A stretch of 64,000 bases of DNA from Podarcis tiliguerta (Eukaryota). The notes under the pieces were generated by a model. The model ran no database searches, was not told where the DNA came from, and saw nothing but the letters and a program-made list of their open reading frames with translations. The first letter of the stretch is position 1; each line of letters begins with the position of its first letter. Below, in pieces: positions 23,173-37,390 of this stretch. The translations under genes were made by a program, and so were the position numbers. The DNA lies in assembly GCA_965153285.1 (NCBI GenBank), contig OZ229129.1; one strand, given 5' to 3'.

Positions 23173-24645
23173 CTGGGAAAAGGGAAAGAGAATGAGGTTC
23201 CACCTTACGGGAAATTTTCTAGATGTTGACTTGGGCAGAGTTTGCTGAAACGCTTTGTGTTAGGTAGTGCAAGCTGGTCTTTTGAGACAAATGAGGCACC
23301 TCTGTCCCACCAGTCTGCCTTCAGCCACTTGAAACTTGCCTGCCTTCTTCCTTGAAAAGGGAGTGGCCTTGGCTATCAGCTTCCCCCTCCTTAGTTTTCA
23401 GTGCTGCCCCTTGTAGAACTCAGCAGGAAGGAGAATGTGGACATAATTACTGGCTCTGGCACTACCTACTGTTAGGCTCCCACCCTTTTGTCCCCACCAG
23501 TCTCAGGAGAGAACCAGCCACCACTGGAATTAAGAAGTGGAGGAGAATCAAACATTCACCAGAGAGGTATATTGGATCACACCTGTAAGAAGCTTTATGA
23601 AAGGGGCTGGAGGTGAATGGATGCGCCCAAGCCCTTTGAAGGAAACATATGCCAAGGCCCTCGCAGGATGCCAGCCAGCCAGCTGAAGAAGGCAGTTCAC
23701 AACACAGATCAAGGAATATGCGCCACCAGTGATGGTCTGTACAATCTCTGTGACCAAATATGAATTTGCCTTGTTGCCATGGGAACCTCAGGGAAGAAGA
23801 TTTCTTCCTCCCCCGCCCCAATGAAAGCAGTGGGGGCTTCCCCACTTTTTGCTTAGCACTCTAGCATGAAACCAACAGCAAAGGAAAGGCAGAATGCAAA
23901 CAAGCTTTTAGCTGCAGATTCTTCCTGTTGTAAGAAATGGAAGCTGAACTCTTTCAACTCAGCTGGGCTATGGTCTTAACACCCATTCCCTCCCCTGCTT
24001 GTTTGTAACACAGAATGCTGTGCACCTCACCAGACTACAATTTCAAGCATTCATTGGCTGACATAAGACTAAATTTGTCCATCTAGCCCAGCTATTGCAA
24101 GGACAGGGAACTTTTGACCCTTCTTATTTTGTGGGACTCCAAGTCCCATCAGCCTCAGCTGACATGGCTGATGGTCAGGGATGATGGGTGTTGTAGTCAG
24201 ACAACTTCTGGAGGGCTGAAAGATTTCAGGCAAAGTTCCAAGGAGAGAATTTTGGTAACTGGAGATGACTGAAAACAACAACATACATACATTTATTTTA
24301 AAAAAACCCTATTCATGCTATGAACACTATTTTTCAGATTGCTCAGTTAAGAAAGAATCAAGTTAATCAAGCCATACAACTCCCAAGATTCCCAACATAA
24401 ACTCATCATGAGCTGTAAGACTGTGGCTAATTTGCATATCTTATTAACATCATTACAATGTTTGACAATCTGCTGGTTCCCCCGCCCGCAACACCACTGT
24501 TAGTATTTGTCTATTCCTATTAAAAAAATACTGCTTCTCCCCAAAGCCACAGCCTACCTCTCAAAGCTGCTGTATAATCTGATAGTATTATTACTATTAT
24601 ATTTTTAGAAATTTCCTAGCAATGCACTAACATTATTGTATAATG

Positions 24646-25211
24646 CATAGCTGTCAAGTGTCCCTTATTTGAAGGGACAGTCCCTTATTCCAGCGCCCTG
24701 TCCCGCTGCTGTCCCTTATTGATGGATGTCCCTTAAATGTCCCTTAAATGATGTCCCTTAAATTTCAAAAGAAGCAGTTCCTTTCCCTCCCTCCCTGCCG
24801 GCCAGGGAGGAGGGTGGCTCCAACTGTGTTGCTTGGCTGTGTTGCTCACCCAATAAGAAGTCTAAGAACGACTGGGGGGGGGGTGGAGCTTGCATGCCTT
24901 GTGTGTGGCTAGTTAATGCAAGCTAAGGGTTTTTTGAATGCTGGACGCCATTTTGTTGCACGTGCTGCTGCAAACTTTGCAGTGCAAAGCCAGGCCGGCG
25001 AGCCATCTTAAGTTGAGGCTGCATAGGCCTTGTGGTGCATGTGATTCAGATTCTATTCAGTTGAACCTCTGGTTACAAAGTTGGTTGGACAGTGTTCTCG
25101 AAGCTACCAGCATGAGTTTGACCAGACTGCAGGAGGACAGGAAGACTGGAGTGCCTGGAACAGGTGAGGCTGCAGGTCCCTTATTTTCAAATCTGTAAGT
25201 TGACAGCTATG
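24646..25211. mobile_element. Non-autonomous hAT transposon, 566 bp
   Basis: TIRs CATAGCTGTCAA / TTGACAGCTATG, perfect 8-bp TSD GTATAATG (24638-24645, 25212-25219), and multiple subterminal GTCCCTTA motifs. Confidence 0.9.
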
Positions 25212-25610
25212 GTATAATGTTGCAAATGGACCGTTCTAAAGTTATTTATACACAATGAGAAACACTTTTGCTTCATTTTTGTAGAGACGGTACCCCAGGT
25301 GCAACTTTAGCTTACCTAGAATTAAACAAACTGGGTATAGATTTTGCATTAAGGTTGCAGGGAAAATGTTTGTGTGTTGTGGGGTGTGTGTGTGTGTTGG
25401 GGGAGTAGGTAGTAATTGCTGCCATTTTGCAGGGAACAGCAGAAATAAATATATTTCATAGCTACAATGATTTTCCAACCTGCTGTTAGAAAACATGTGC
25501 ATTATTGGCTTACTATCAAAGTATTTGGTAGAATGAACTAGGACTATTTGCTACAAAATCCAGCCCCTCTGCATAGTAAACAATGCACCATTTGGGAAGG
25601 CTCCCTATAC

Positions 25611-25808
25611 AGGAAGGGCCATAGCTCGGTGGAAGAGCATCTGCTTTGCAAACCTAAGTTCCCAAGTTCAGTCCCCTGTATTTCCAGATAGTGGTAGGAG
25701 ATTCTCTTGCCCAAAATCCTGCAGAGCAAATGCCAGTCAGTATATAGACGATACTGAGCTGGAACGACTGATGGTCTGACTCAGCATAAGGCAGCTTCCT
25801 ATGTCCCT
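25611..25808 (+). mobile_element. Near full-length tRNA-derived SINE (Squam2/Anolis SINE2-like)
   Basis: tRNA-like head aggaagggccatagctcggtggaagagcatctgctttgca..aagttcagtcccc and tail ataaggcagcttcctatgtccct. Related copies at ~41935-42080, 45225-45407 and 60835-60990 (-). Confidence 0.75.
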
Positions 25809-26582
25809 AAAGAGCACTGGGGTAAGCACAACTAAAAATACTTCTATAGATGCCCTTAAGAACTTCTGTGGCGGCTTGTTTCTATTTGGCACCGATTCAT
25901 CTGGGCAGTGTTTTACAAGAAGCTGTGCTTTAAGTTACCTACTTAGAGCTAAGCTAATGCTCTCATATGGATTTTCTTCTAATTCTAACACCAGCAATTA
26001 GGAAACATCTGCCAGCTGAAAGCCCCACTGTGGGGCCTGCCCTTGCAGTGTTGCGCACTCAAAGAGAGCTCAATAAATTCTGGTTTCTGGGAATACAATT
26101 AACACCCTAAACGTAAACATTTGGGGGCATATGCAAAATCCCAAACACCTGTGCAACACAGCCATGACTTCAATACTGTCTACTGTTTATTGTTTGCTTT
26201 GGTTTAGATATAGTAGGGTTTATTGTCATGGTCTCCCCCAAAATGACTTGGAATTTGGTGCGGATATTGAGAATTTCTGGTTAGAATTTTTTACCGCTCC
26301 CCCTTCATAGAATTACAATCCCCCATTTCCCTATGACAGGTGTGGAGAACCTTTCCAGCATAGGAACCATATTCCCTAAGAATCATAGAAACCTTGAGTA
26401 GGAAGGGACCTCAAGGGACATCTAGTCCAATTCCTTCCAATGCAGGAATCCTTTTGCCCAATGTGGGACCCACAACCCTGAGATAATCAGTCTCATGTGC
26501 TACAAAATGAGCTAAGCAACCTTCTGGGGAATCATCTGCAAACAAAGCATATGTGCTAACACTTAGCTGCAGTTGTCTAGTG

Positions 26583-26712
26583 CATGGGCGTAGACAAGGG
26601 CGCGGGGGGGCAGCTGCCACCCCAACAATAGGAATACTTAACTGACCAACGTCGGTTCTGCCCCCCCCCAAAAGTTCTGCCGTCCCCAACAAAAATCCTG
26701 GCTACACCCATG
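26583..26712. mobile_element. hAT-type MITE, 130 bp
   Basis: TIRs CATGGGCGTAG / CTACACCCATG; 8-bp TSD GTCTAGTG / GTCTATTG. Confidence 0.85.
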
Positions 26713-27589
26713 GTCTATTGGCAAATTCAGAAGTTCAGGCTCCTGTCATTACAGTTACAGCCACACTCCTTTTAGATTAGACAACTTTCTAAGATTATTC
26801 AATAATAATTTATATATATATATAAAAATTAGGGTTACATTGCAACCATCAATGCAGATCTCAGTGTGTTGCCTTTCAGCTAGGTCTGCTATTTTCTGTG
26901 CACGTACATGGGCAAATTATTTGGAGTGCTCCAGTATCTTGAGTGATTTAAGTTGTGTGTTCCGTAAAGTTGCATTCTACGTAACAAAACTTGCACACCA
27001 TTCTCTTGAAATAGAAGCCCCCCTGTGTTTTAAGTGTTCCTAAATGCTTAGCTTTGGAGCATGCAGGGGCTAAACAACACCCCTTTGATGTCAACTAGCA
27101 GCTCTGCTGCAGAAATAATAATGTTTCTTCAACCCTCTGTGGCCCCAGACCACTTAGCTGTGGTCCCTTCTCCGCTGTGTCTTCTGCTACACCCCCTAGT
27201 TGGATGCTACTCTGCTTAACTAGGAACAAGGAAAATCTTTCATATACACAGAAGACCAGTCCATCAATGACTGAAAAATAGCAACCAATTCACGCCATAT
27301 ATTAGTTCTCCTTTCTGTTCACAAGCATCACCTGCCCTGCACAACCTGTGACTCACAAAATCAAATGGCAAGGAATCAACAAGGCTGGTTAGTGACAACT
27401 CTTCCCGTTTCCGTCACAGCCGGACAACAGAAAAGAAGGTTTTATTAAGCTCCTGGTTGGCAACACCTGATGGGCTATTGGTTCAGTTCAGTTTGGTGGG
27501 TCTCAAGGTACACAGGCCTGGTCCACAGCATGTGCATGAGTTAGAAATGCAAGCCTGATTGATACTATATTGGTTGCAGATTTGTTACC

Positions 27590-27900
27590 ACACGAAGTTC
27601 AATGGGCTACTCTTGGTATATAAAGCCCTTAGCAAGTTTGAGACCCTTTACTTGTAGGATCACCTTACTCTATATGTGCCCACTCAGCCAATTTGCTGAA
27701 AGAAATCACTTGTTTAGTGTGGCAGCACTGACACTTTGGAATTCCCTGCCTATTGATATCAGGTGGGCGCCATCACTGTACTCCTTCTGGTGCCTGCTAA
27801 AACCATTTCTGTTTAGACAGGTCTACCCAGTTATTTAGAACGTTGATGCAAGTTCTAATCTATCTGTTTTTACGTCTACTGTTACTTTAACTTTTTAAAA
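27590..27900 (+). mobile_element. L2-like LINE 3' fragment
   Basis: tataaagccctta...tttagtgtggcagcactgacactttggaattccctgcc... Confidence 0.6.
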
Positions 27901-28472
27901 AATCTTAAATTATTGTTGTCTTTTTAAAATTGTTTTATCTTTTTGGTAAACCACTTTGTTAAACAAACAAAACAAACCACCCTCAATTTAGATTTGTATA
28001 AATTTTATTAAATAAAATAAAGCTGCTTTAGTGTTAATATAAGGGTCCAGTTAATCGGTTGAATAAGTGCATTCATGTATTCACCACTATTATGCTTCCA
28101 GTTTTATTAAACAGCACTTACCATTTATCAATGAAATATTCATTGGCCTTTCATTACTGAACAAATCTTTTTTTGAGGGGGGGGGGGGCTGGAATCATTG
28201 CCCTGGAGATTAACTATTTTGGCATCCTGGAACACCATGATACTTCCTACTCGATTAACAGCTCTTTTTATGCTCCTCATTTGGCTTTAAAAACCGCGCT
28301 GATGAAGAGAGTGGGATCGATCAATCCACACAAGGTTTCTCCTTGTTCTGCATGCCAAACTAACTCATGCAACATTTCATCGTAATATAACTACTTATCT
28401 TCATCAACGAATAAAGCCCTCACCCCTCTACCCCATTTAGCTGGTGGTTTCCCACAAAGAGAGAATACTCAC

Positions 28473-28522
28473 TTTCCATTGCCTCCCCAAGGAGAAGGGG
28501 CCTGTGAAACTTTGGAACAATT
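28473..28522 (-). CDS. AFF2: AFF2 coding exon (approx. human exon 19)
   Basis: Acceptor ttgtttttcttacag, donor AA|gtgagt; 50 nt, phase 0 to 2. Encodes NCSKVSQAPSPWGGNG(K). Confidence 0.94.
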
Positions 28523-30269
28523 CTGTAAGAAAAACAAGTTTGGGGGAAAAAGAAAGAAAGAAACAGGTCTTTGTTCACTCAGCAGCAGACACAAAGGAAG
28601 ATTTACATTGCATTAATATTGATCAGCGCAAAGGAAGGTATTACCTACTTCAGTAGCAAAGCAGAAGGTTATATATATATATCTCTAACCATACCAGCAT
28701 AATAATCCCTTCTAAACTAAAAATAAAAGGTGAGGGGAAAACCCGCAGGTTGGATAATTAGTGGGCTCTAACTAGGACGATAAAAGTCAACGAAAGATGC
28801 TATATACCAGAACTCCAGAATAAATCAAGCACCTTTTGTGAAGGTGGTTTAATTATCTTTATCTAAAATTCCTTCTGCAAGGGATGTTTTTCACCTTGCA
28901 AGGGAAATCAGCAAACTTTACATCTGGACACAAAAGCTCAGGATGATAACTTGAAATGAGGAGAAATTGTATCTCATAATTGAAAAATATTTGTAAACTT
29001 GCACTGAAGACTGCGGTCTTGCTTATATTGGTAGGCCTGGTCTTTTTTGGTTCAAGCTGCCAATATCTGTGCATGTGTCCATGTTACAGCGAATACTCAG
29101 TATTTAATTAGCATTAAAAAAATCCATATAAATCTGTGAATGCCCAGATATATTATGACTGTCAGCAGTGGTTGCTTACACACTAGGAAGCTTTAGCATT
29201 GCCAAGAGATTGCTATTCTACAGGGAGGCTGGAAATGACATTTAAATGATGTTTCCACATGGCATCAAATTTAGCATATATTTCTCATAGGCCCATGCTT
29301 ACAATATGTAACTCCAATAATATTTACTCAGAAGGAAGTCCCATTAACAAAGGACTTGCAACTAATTAAAGGTGGAAGAATCAAAGTAAAGCCACTTTAA
29401 GTAAAAGAAAGAAGGGCAAGGAGGAAGCTGAAAACTGATGGGCCAATTGCAGGAAGAAGCCTCAACAGAACTTTGCTAATCTATGATGAGCTTCAGTGTG
29501 TGTGAGGGAAATTCACTACACCTTGGGGCTGAAAAAACCATGGTTTAATACTACTACACGAATGAGCAGAAGTTACTCTTAGGCTTGCCTGGCTCCACTC
29601 CCCCCCCCCCCCGGTGTAGCCTGGAGGATGAAATAATAAGCATTTACTTCCAGAATTTATTGTAACAAGTCAAGAAGAAGATGTGGTTTATGACCCTGGC
29701 TTGTTAAACCAGAGTATCTCCAGTTCAGTTTAAAGCAGGCATCCAACCTCTCCTCATAGCAATGCTGGTGTAGGAGAGGGGAGTGGGAACTGCAAAACCC
29801 AAAGTCTCACTGTTGCTTATGCTCTAAAAGCCAAAACTTCAAAGCAGGCTAGTTTTCAAAAACACCATAAGAATTAAGTGGATGAAAATTTTCATTCCAA
29901 ATAAAGCAGGCAATGTGGATGCAACCACATGTCTTAATTGGCCCATAAGGATTATGTCCTACAACGGGGAGGGGACATAAACCAGTAAATGCTGCAATTC
30001 ACAAAATTCATATGGGATTGTCAATGTACACACATGAATATCAATACTGAGAATATTAAATGTAACACGCACAGGTGCTGCAATTGCCCCTCATACTGTT
30101 ATGGGCTGACATTTCCCACATGGGGCTTTTCACATGCTTCAGAAACACCATGGTCAGCTTACATAAGTAGTTGCCATGTGCAAACCAGTTGCCCATCTAG
30201 ATTCAACCATGGCTCAACCTGTGGTTTTCTGTGTGGCACTCAGTGTAAGAGAAACAAAATGATGCTTAC

Positions 30270-30363
30270 CTTAAAGTATTCCATAAGAGATCTGGAGTAC
30301 TTCATAGCATTCTCCCTCTTTAGTTTAAACATTCTCTGGTAGAGAAGGGATAAGCATCGGTAG
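30270..30363 (-). CDS. AFF2: AFF2 coding exon (approx. human exon 18)
   Basis: Acceptor tgtacacag, donor AAG|gtaagc; 94 nt, phase 2 to 0. Encodes [31 protein letters not shown]. Confidence 0.96.
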
Positions 30364-31564
30364 CTGTGTACAAGTTTTTTTTTTGGGAAAAAATACATTT
30401 CTTCTGTTTAATGAAATTGCAAACTAAACACAATCCAGTCCAAATCAAGCAGACCCAGAACCATATATCCTCATTCCCCATCAGACCGTCAGTTGCCCCT
30501 ACCATGGTGAAGCTGCAATTATCTTACAATAATTTTAATGAGCTTCAAATCTGTAAAACCAAGAAAAATACACGTGCATCGGTCTGAAGTGCAACTGATA
30601 CAAGTGGGAGAGACTGAGGCTGCAATCCTAACTCCATTAACTTGAGAGTAAGTCCCACTCAATTCAACAGCACTTACTCTTGAATAGACATGTTGGAATT
30701 GTGCTGTTAAGTGCATGCTTAATTCTCATTTCAATAAATGGGGATTCATAGAACCATAGAATTGTAGAGTGGGAAGGGACTCAGGGTCATCTGGTGCAAC
30801 TCCCTGCAATGCAGGAATCTCAACACACAGTCCCTCATCCAATGTGAAGCCATACCGGACCCTGCTTAGCTTTGCGAATGTGTAAGCAGTTTTATTGCTG
30901 CATAAGTGCATGGGTTTGGCTGGATCTACATATCGTTTCCTCTACATTCTCCTACAAGGAGTTCGGGGCAGTGCACATGGCCTTTTGTGACTATCCCCAC
31001 AACAAGCCTGTGAAGTGTGTGGGTGGGTGGGTGTAGGGGGGGCACAACAGGACTACTAATTGAGCTTCATGGCTGAGTAAGGATTTGAACCTAGGTCTCT
31101 CCCCAAACATAGCTCAGAACTCTAGCCACTTCACCACCATTTTGTTGCCTCTTTCCCTTTGGGTCCAGTCTTCAACCCCCCTTAGAGTGGGAACCTTTTT
31201 CCCTATGAAGGGCTGTTGACTCTTGGATAAGTGATGGTTATTGTATTTGAATTTGTTTAAAAACCACATACACACACAGAGAATGAAATTGTGTAAGAGG
31301 CCACATGAGAAACAAGTTGAGGGCCACATGCAACCCTTGGGCCACAGGTCCCTCTCCCCATGGCCACAGGGAGGGAGAGCAAGTTGAGTGGAGGTTGCCT
31401 TTCTTTGAACCTGGGCACTGCTCACGTGCCTTGTTCACGTTCCTAAACAAGGAGAAGGACCATGGACCCTCCCATTGGGTGAGGACCCTCAGTAGCTGCC
31501 CAACAATGTCTACCATGCTGTTATATCTAAGTTGTCTAAACCAGGGCTGAGGAAGACAACTCAC

Positions 31565-31636
31565 CATAGAACTGCCAGTTTCTTGTCTCCATCTGTGGCT
31601 GTAGAGCAAGTGAAGTTCTTCAGTCTCAAGGCATAC
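31565..31636 (-). CDS. AFF2: AFF2 coding exon (approx. human exon 17)
   Basis: Acceptor ctctccactaaag, donor TG|gtgagt; 72 nt, phase 2 to 2. Encodes YALRLKNFTCSTATDGDKKLAVL(C). Read by hand; not in the ORF track. Confidence 0.95.
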
Positions 31637-34600
31637 CTTTAGTGGAGAGAGATTTAAGGGGGGGAGAGGGGGGAGGAGAAAAAGGAGAAGAGAGCTGAAA
31701 TATTGAGTGTCAGCAAGGCTGCTTTGAGAAAAATGAGTGAGTCAAGCTATTGGTCCACCTAGACCTGGAGTGTTCTAATCCCCTTAGGAATTCAAAGGCA
31801 GAGATCTTTCCAGGTCTAGGCTCCTCAGGTGCATTCAAACTTAGGGAGACTAGCATGTGGGCAATGCACTCTCAAACAAAACAACTGTGTGGAGTGCATC
31901 ACCCGTGACACTGAACTGCAGGAGGGGGCCCCTTGCTGCTCAACCGTTTCCTGTCCTGGCTTGCGAATAATAAAGTTGGGCAATTTCCTTTCCTTTCCTT
32001 CTCCCCCTCCCCTCCTTCCCTGATGAAAGTGTTCCTCACCACCCGCAACATTCCGCACACTTAAGCCTTCTGAAAATCAAATCATCATAGAAAAACCATT
32101 GTTCTGAGCCTTAATACAATTTCACAGGTACTTGTGTTAGAGTAAGTAATAGAGTTCAGTGTTGCGTAAGGAGGTTTTAAGGTATCCGGGCGGTCTCATT
32201 TACAAGGGAGTAATGGAGTGCAGGAGAAATGCACTGCTTTTACCGCACTGGATCACTGCCGCCCCTGTCGTCATCACCATTATGTGCTTCATATATAAAG
32301 GACCCTTTTAGTTCAGCGCTTTCTTTCTTCATTTTCTTCCTCCCCTGCCCCTTCTTGTGCTTTACGACAGCTTCTGTCATACTTGGTGGCTCAGGACAAA
32401 TTAAGGTTTCGTATCCTTTGAGGATGTGCACGCTTAAAAAGGAAGGGATTTAAAGATACAATTAGTCTAAACAGCCTTGGCAGCCGTATTTCTGGCATCC
32501 TGAGTCACTGTGATGTGTTGCTCATTCTCACAAATCAATGTCATCTGCGTGCATCTGAGCCTTTGAATAGCTATAATTAGCAAAATGGATTAAAAAAAGA
32601 ACCCCCCAAAGGTCTGCTGGGAGGGAACACAGCAGGAAGAGACAAGGGACATCACTTGCTTACACTGTATCTTCCAGCTCTGACAAATCCCCCCCCCCCC
32701 GCTCTCTCTCTCCAGGGTAAAATTGTATGTGAGGGCAACAGACCCATGGCTTTAAAATGTTATGCACACCAATCATATGAACATAAGGAGAGCTGCTGGA
32801 TCAGGCCAATGGCCCATCTAGTCCAGCATCTTGTTCTCATGGTGGCGATCTAGATGCCTATGTGAAGCCTGAGCACAACAGTACTCTCCCCACTTGTGAT
32901 TCCCACCACCTGGCATCCAGAGTGCCACTGCCTTTAATAGTGCAGGTGGGACACAGCCTATGTGGCTCCCTCCCACAGTGGAGAAAAAGGGCAGGTTTAC
33001 GTATCCAAAAAGGTGCGCAAGTGGTGCTTGATGCTTCTCTGCCCACAGATTACCTCCCCACACCTGTTTCTCTGCACACTTCCAACAGCTAAGATAGCAC
33101 CTGGCATTGGAGCTCAGATAATGACATGCAACATGAAGCGAGGGGGGAAGCTGTGAACAGGGGTGAGGTTCAGCCCATCCAATGGATAGGTCTGGTTTAG
33201 TTGTGTTTTAGTATGTGATCATTCTGCTGCCCTGAAACCTCCTTTGTGATCTCCCCTTTCTGTTTAAACCAGAGCTGCACGCAAATACACATTCTGAAAT
33301 ATTTACAAGGCATATTATTTCCCCAAAGATAACAGCTTCTTTTCAAATCCGGTGCATTTCTGCTATGTAAACAAATACTCATTCATAATGCAAAGCATGT
33401 ACTATTTCCTCACTGATGCTTTCCTGACATTGAATTCTTTCATGTTATAAATATACGTTTCTAAGGGGAAATCCCACAACTGCTAGGGAAAGTTGGTTCA
33501 TATGCTGCGTGCACAATGCTTGGTCCTGCACATTTGGGTTGACACCTGACTTTTTAATGGCTTGCATGTGCAGATGAATGGCTGTTGCACACACTGCTCC
33601 ACAGATATCACCTCAAACACAATATATTTCGGTGGAATCAATTCAGATGCCAGCTAGCTTGTCAGGAAGCAACTCTGCTCCCTTGGTCCTTCACATGCAT
33701 TGCAGGGGATTCACAAAATCAAAGAATTGTAGAGTTGGCTTATACTGCACAACCCTTGTGGTCCCTTTCCAACTCTACAACTCTTTGATTCTATGGTCAA
33801 ACCATGGTTTGCTCATTGCAAACCATTGCAAACCACGTGAGGGGCTCATGTGCCTCCTCCTCTTCTACTGGTTCAAGGTAATCATGGCTGATATTCCCTT
33901 ATAGGGCAAGATATAGTGGCTGCAAACCATAGTTCGCCTCTACATCAGCACTGTAGTTCAAAACCAGTCCAAGGTCCTTGATGCAGAATCTACTTGAAAT
34001 TCAACAGGTAAAATAAAATAATTTCAATCCAGAGAACGGTTATGATCCTCCCTCCTTTGATTTTGGTGCCTATATAAGGCCCAATCTGTAGGGTTGGATT
34101 GCTCAATCTATTTCTGGTTTGTGTCAATTTCAAAACTGTTCATCCATCAGTCCATGTTTGCATTAGTATGCATTTTTTAAAATCCATTTGAAAATTTTTA
34201 AATAAACATTTTACTACAAAATGCATATTTAAATAGCAGTTTGTCTCGGTGCACGAATTTCTAAACTTTTACACACTTATCTTTTACACATTTTGATATG
34301 GCTTTAGAGCTGAAGGCTGGATTGCATAATCTGGCGAAGTGTGAAATCCGAAGGGTAACTGCACATTGGTGTGGGAGGTGCAAATCAGATCTGTTCACAT
34401 AAAAAAGCGGACTGAACAAAGATACTCCTCCATCCTTATCTATCCTCTGAGGCCTTTGGATCTGGCCAAACTTTGCCAACCTGGAGCTTTACGGCTACTG
34501 TTAGTTACTTTTATATAGATAAAGATCCATAGCTATTTTAAAGTTACACTGAGCTGCCTTAAGCATTATGGAAAAGCAGGCTAGCCATATTTCCCATAAA

Positions 34601-35662
34601 ACAAGTAAATAAATAAATGGCAACAGTTTTAATACCTGCCATGTTTCAGCTGCTATTAAAAAGTGTTCCCATATTAAGTGAGAGTTGTTGCAGCAAAGGA
34701 AATTGAATTGAAAACTGCTCTGGGGCAGAACCTATTAATAACTCCAGGATCTTCAAGGAAATCTCATATTTACCAGCCCATAAATAGAGCTGGGTTAACT
34801 GATCAATAGATCTATCTTTATCTCTGTCAAGTTGAATTTAGCCAAAGACTGCTGATCACAACCACTACATGGGAAAGATCCTGCAAACTCCTTTTGAAAT
34901 GAAGTCTTTGAAATTTAGCATGCACATAAGATAAGACCCTCTTGGTTGGATTCAGACTAAGGGCTCAACCATGCTTCTGTTTGTACTGTGATTTCTAGAT
35001 GTCATCCTATTCACTCTGATCACTGATTACCTTTTTGTAAAGAAGGACTGTCCCCCTCCCCTGCCAAACCCGTTTGACTCCCATGAAACAGCAACCACTG
35101 GAAACTGAAGCTAACAAAATTTTGGCATGCTTCTCTCAGCCAGTAATACACATCTATGCAAGTCAAAAAATTTTTTTGTGTATGTGTGCATATACATGCA
35201 AAACAGGGGCTGAAAAGCTGAAACGAACTGGCAAATTTCATTCTGGAACAATTTTTAACAGCCAAATTACAAACCTCTGGAAAACAGGGTTTATAACAGA
35301 GATCCCAGTGGGCTCCCTTTAATGTCTGGAATGATAAAACTATCCCTTTTAAAAGACAAGTGTCACTGCCAAATGGTGAAATTACTATGCTTTACTTCCA
35401 CCCACTACATTTCAATTTCAATTTTATGAATATTGCAAATTATATAACACACACATTATAACCTCTAACGGGGCTAATTTATAAGAGCAGTGTCCATCAA
35501 TTATAAATTTTCTGTGACATTAATAAAATGGCAAGAAGAACTAATTATGATGACTTCTGAGATGAAGATGCCTTGGACTAATCATTAATGAGGTCGAAAT
35601 GATACTTTTAAAAAGCGTAGCAAGTTCTAATTATGAGTGAAATGAGATTATGAGAATGATCA

Positions 35663-35875
<213 letters not shown>

Positions 35876-37059
35876 TCATACACAAGCCCAATGGTTCATA
35901 CATTTTTGTCAAAACCAGAGATGGTGAGCTCTTGTAGTCAGCAAGGAAGAGCCGCAGCCCTATATTTCAGCATCTGTAAGTGACTTAAATGAATGGTTCT
36001 AAAGCCATGAACTTCAAATGAAGGATCAAAGTCTTCATTCACAGGTATATCTGCATCAACTTTACACTTTTCAGCCTTATCCATGCATTCGTAAGTGGCC
36101 AAAATGAGCATGATAGCTCTGTCACCCTCTTCCACATTGTCCTCTACCAGTTGGAGGCAGACTGTTTGCAGCGGAAAATCCTCCTCTATTCTTTAACTCC
36201 TCCTCCCAAGTAGGAAGCAAACAGAAAACCATATCATTTTTAACCTCCCTGCCTCAAACCCCCACATTTAAAACATCCGAGAAAAATTTAAAAGTCACGT
36301 ATCTTCATAGCTGATAATTTTAAGGTTGCCACGAATTGTATTATACCTATCTATGCATAGGTTTTTATTTCCGCTGCTGAAGCAACAGTCAAGTCACAAA
36401 CCAATGTGAAGCAAAGCCAGGTAAGTACATGAGACACCCAAGGAACACCCATAATGAGGTTGTAGTATAGAAATCATTAATCTCCTTCAAGTTGGTGGCA
36501 GCATGTTTGGAAACTGCTATGAAATGGAAGACAGCCACAGGATAAGCCCCTGAAAAACAGTATCTTTCGGCCATCAAATGTTTCTGTGAACAGGACCTTT
36601 CTTATTTTTAAAATGCCTGCGAATGAGGGAGGCAGCCATACTGATCTTTCAGGGTTCTAGAATGCGTGGGGAGCTTCTTTGTGTAGCAGAGGCTCCCTTT
36701 GAGTAAAACCCTTGAAGGGTAACTGGAACAGCAACAGTGTGTGAAGCTAGCATGCATGCACTCCCTTCTCTCTGACATTTATGCCACTTATGAATGCCTG
36801 AAGACAGCTTCTGTGTGCAGCTGATGTGGATATACACATGAACAATCATGACTTAACCACCAAGAAAGATTTAATGTTTATTTGAAGGGCGGTTTGTTGA
36901 TTTTGAGCCTCACCTGTGCACCCGCCTCCTTCTACATTAGGATCAGTAAAGCCCTGAGGGGAACCCCTCTTCTGAAGACCCCTCTTCTGTAATCCTCTCC
37001 TCTCACATTGGGTGGAAATCCCTCACTGGTGCCAATGAAGAATAATGATGAAGATCAAC

Positions 37060-37390
37060 TGGCCCCGACTTGGTGGAACGCTCTGTCACAAGAGACCAGG
37101 GCCCTGCGGGACTTGACATCTTTCTGCAGGGCCTGCAAGACAGAGCTGTTCCACCAGGCTTTTGGTTTGGACTCAGTCTGACCCTTATGTTTCTCTCTCC
37201 TTATGGTTTCAATCTATGGGCTACTTTTAAAATGAGGCTGCATTTTAAATTGCATTTTAACCTGTATTTTAAATTGTTTTTCCCTCTATTATGTTTTTAC
37301 TGTAATTTTATTGGTGTTAGCTGCCCTGAGCCTGGCTCTGGCCGGGGAGGGGTATAAATAAATTTTGTTGTTGTTGTTGTTGTTGTTATT
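37060..37390 (+). mobile_element. L2-like LINE 3' end with (TTG)n tail
   Basis: ggccccgacttggtggaacgctctg...gccctgagcc...ggagggg.tataaataaa followed by (ttg)n. Confidence 0.65.

Noticed and set aside
25611-25690. tRNA gene
   Set aside because: tRNA-like head continues into a SINE body present in many copies; no intact cloverleaf.
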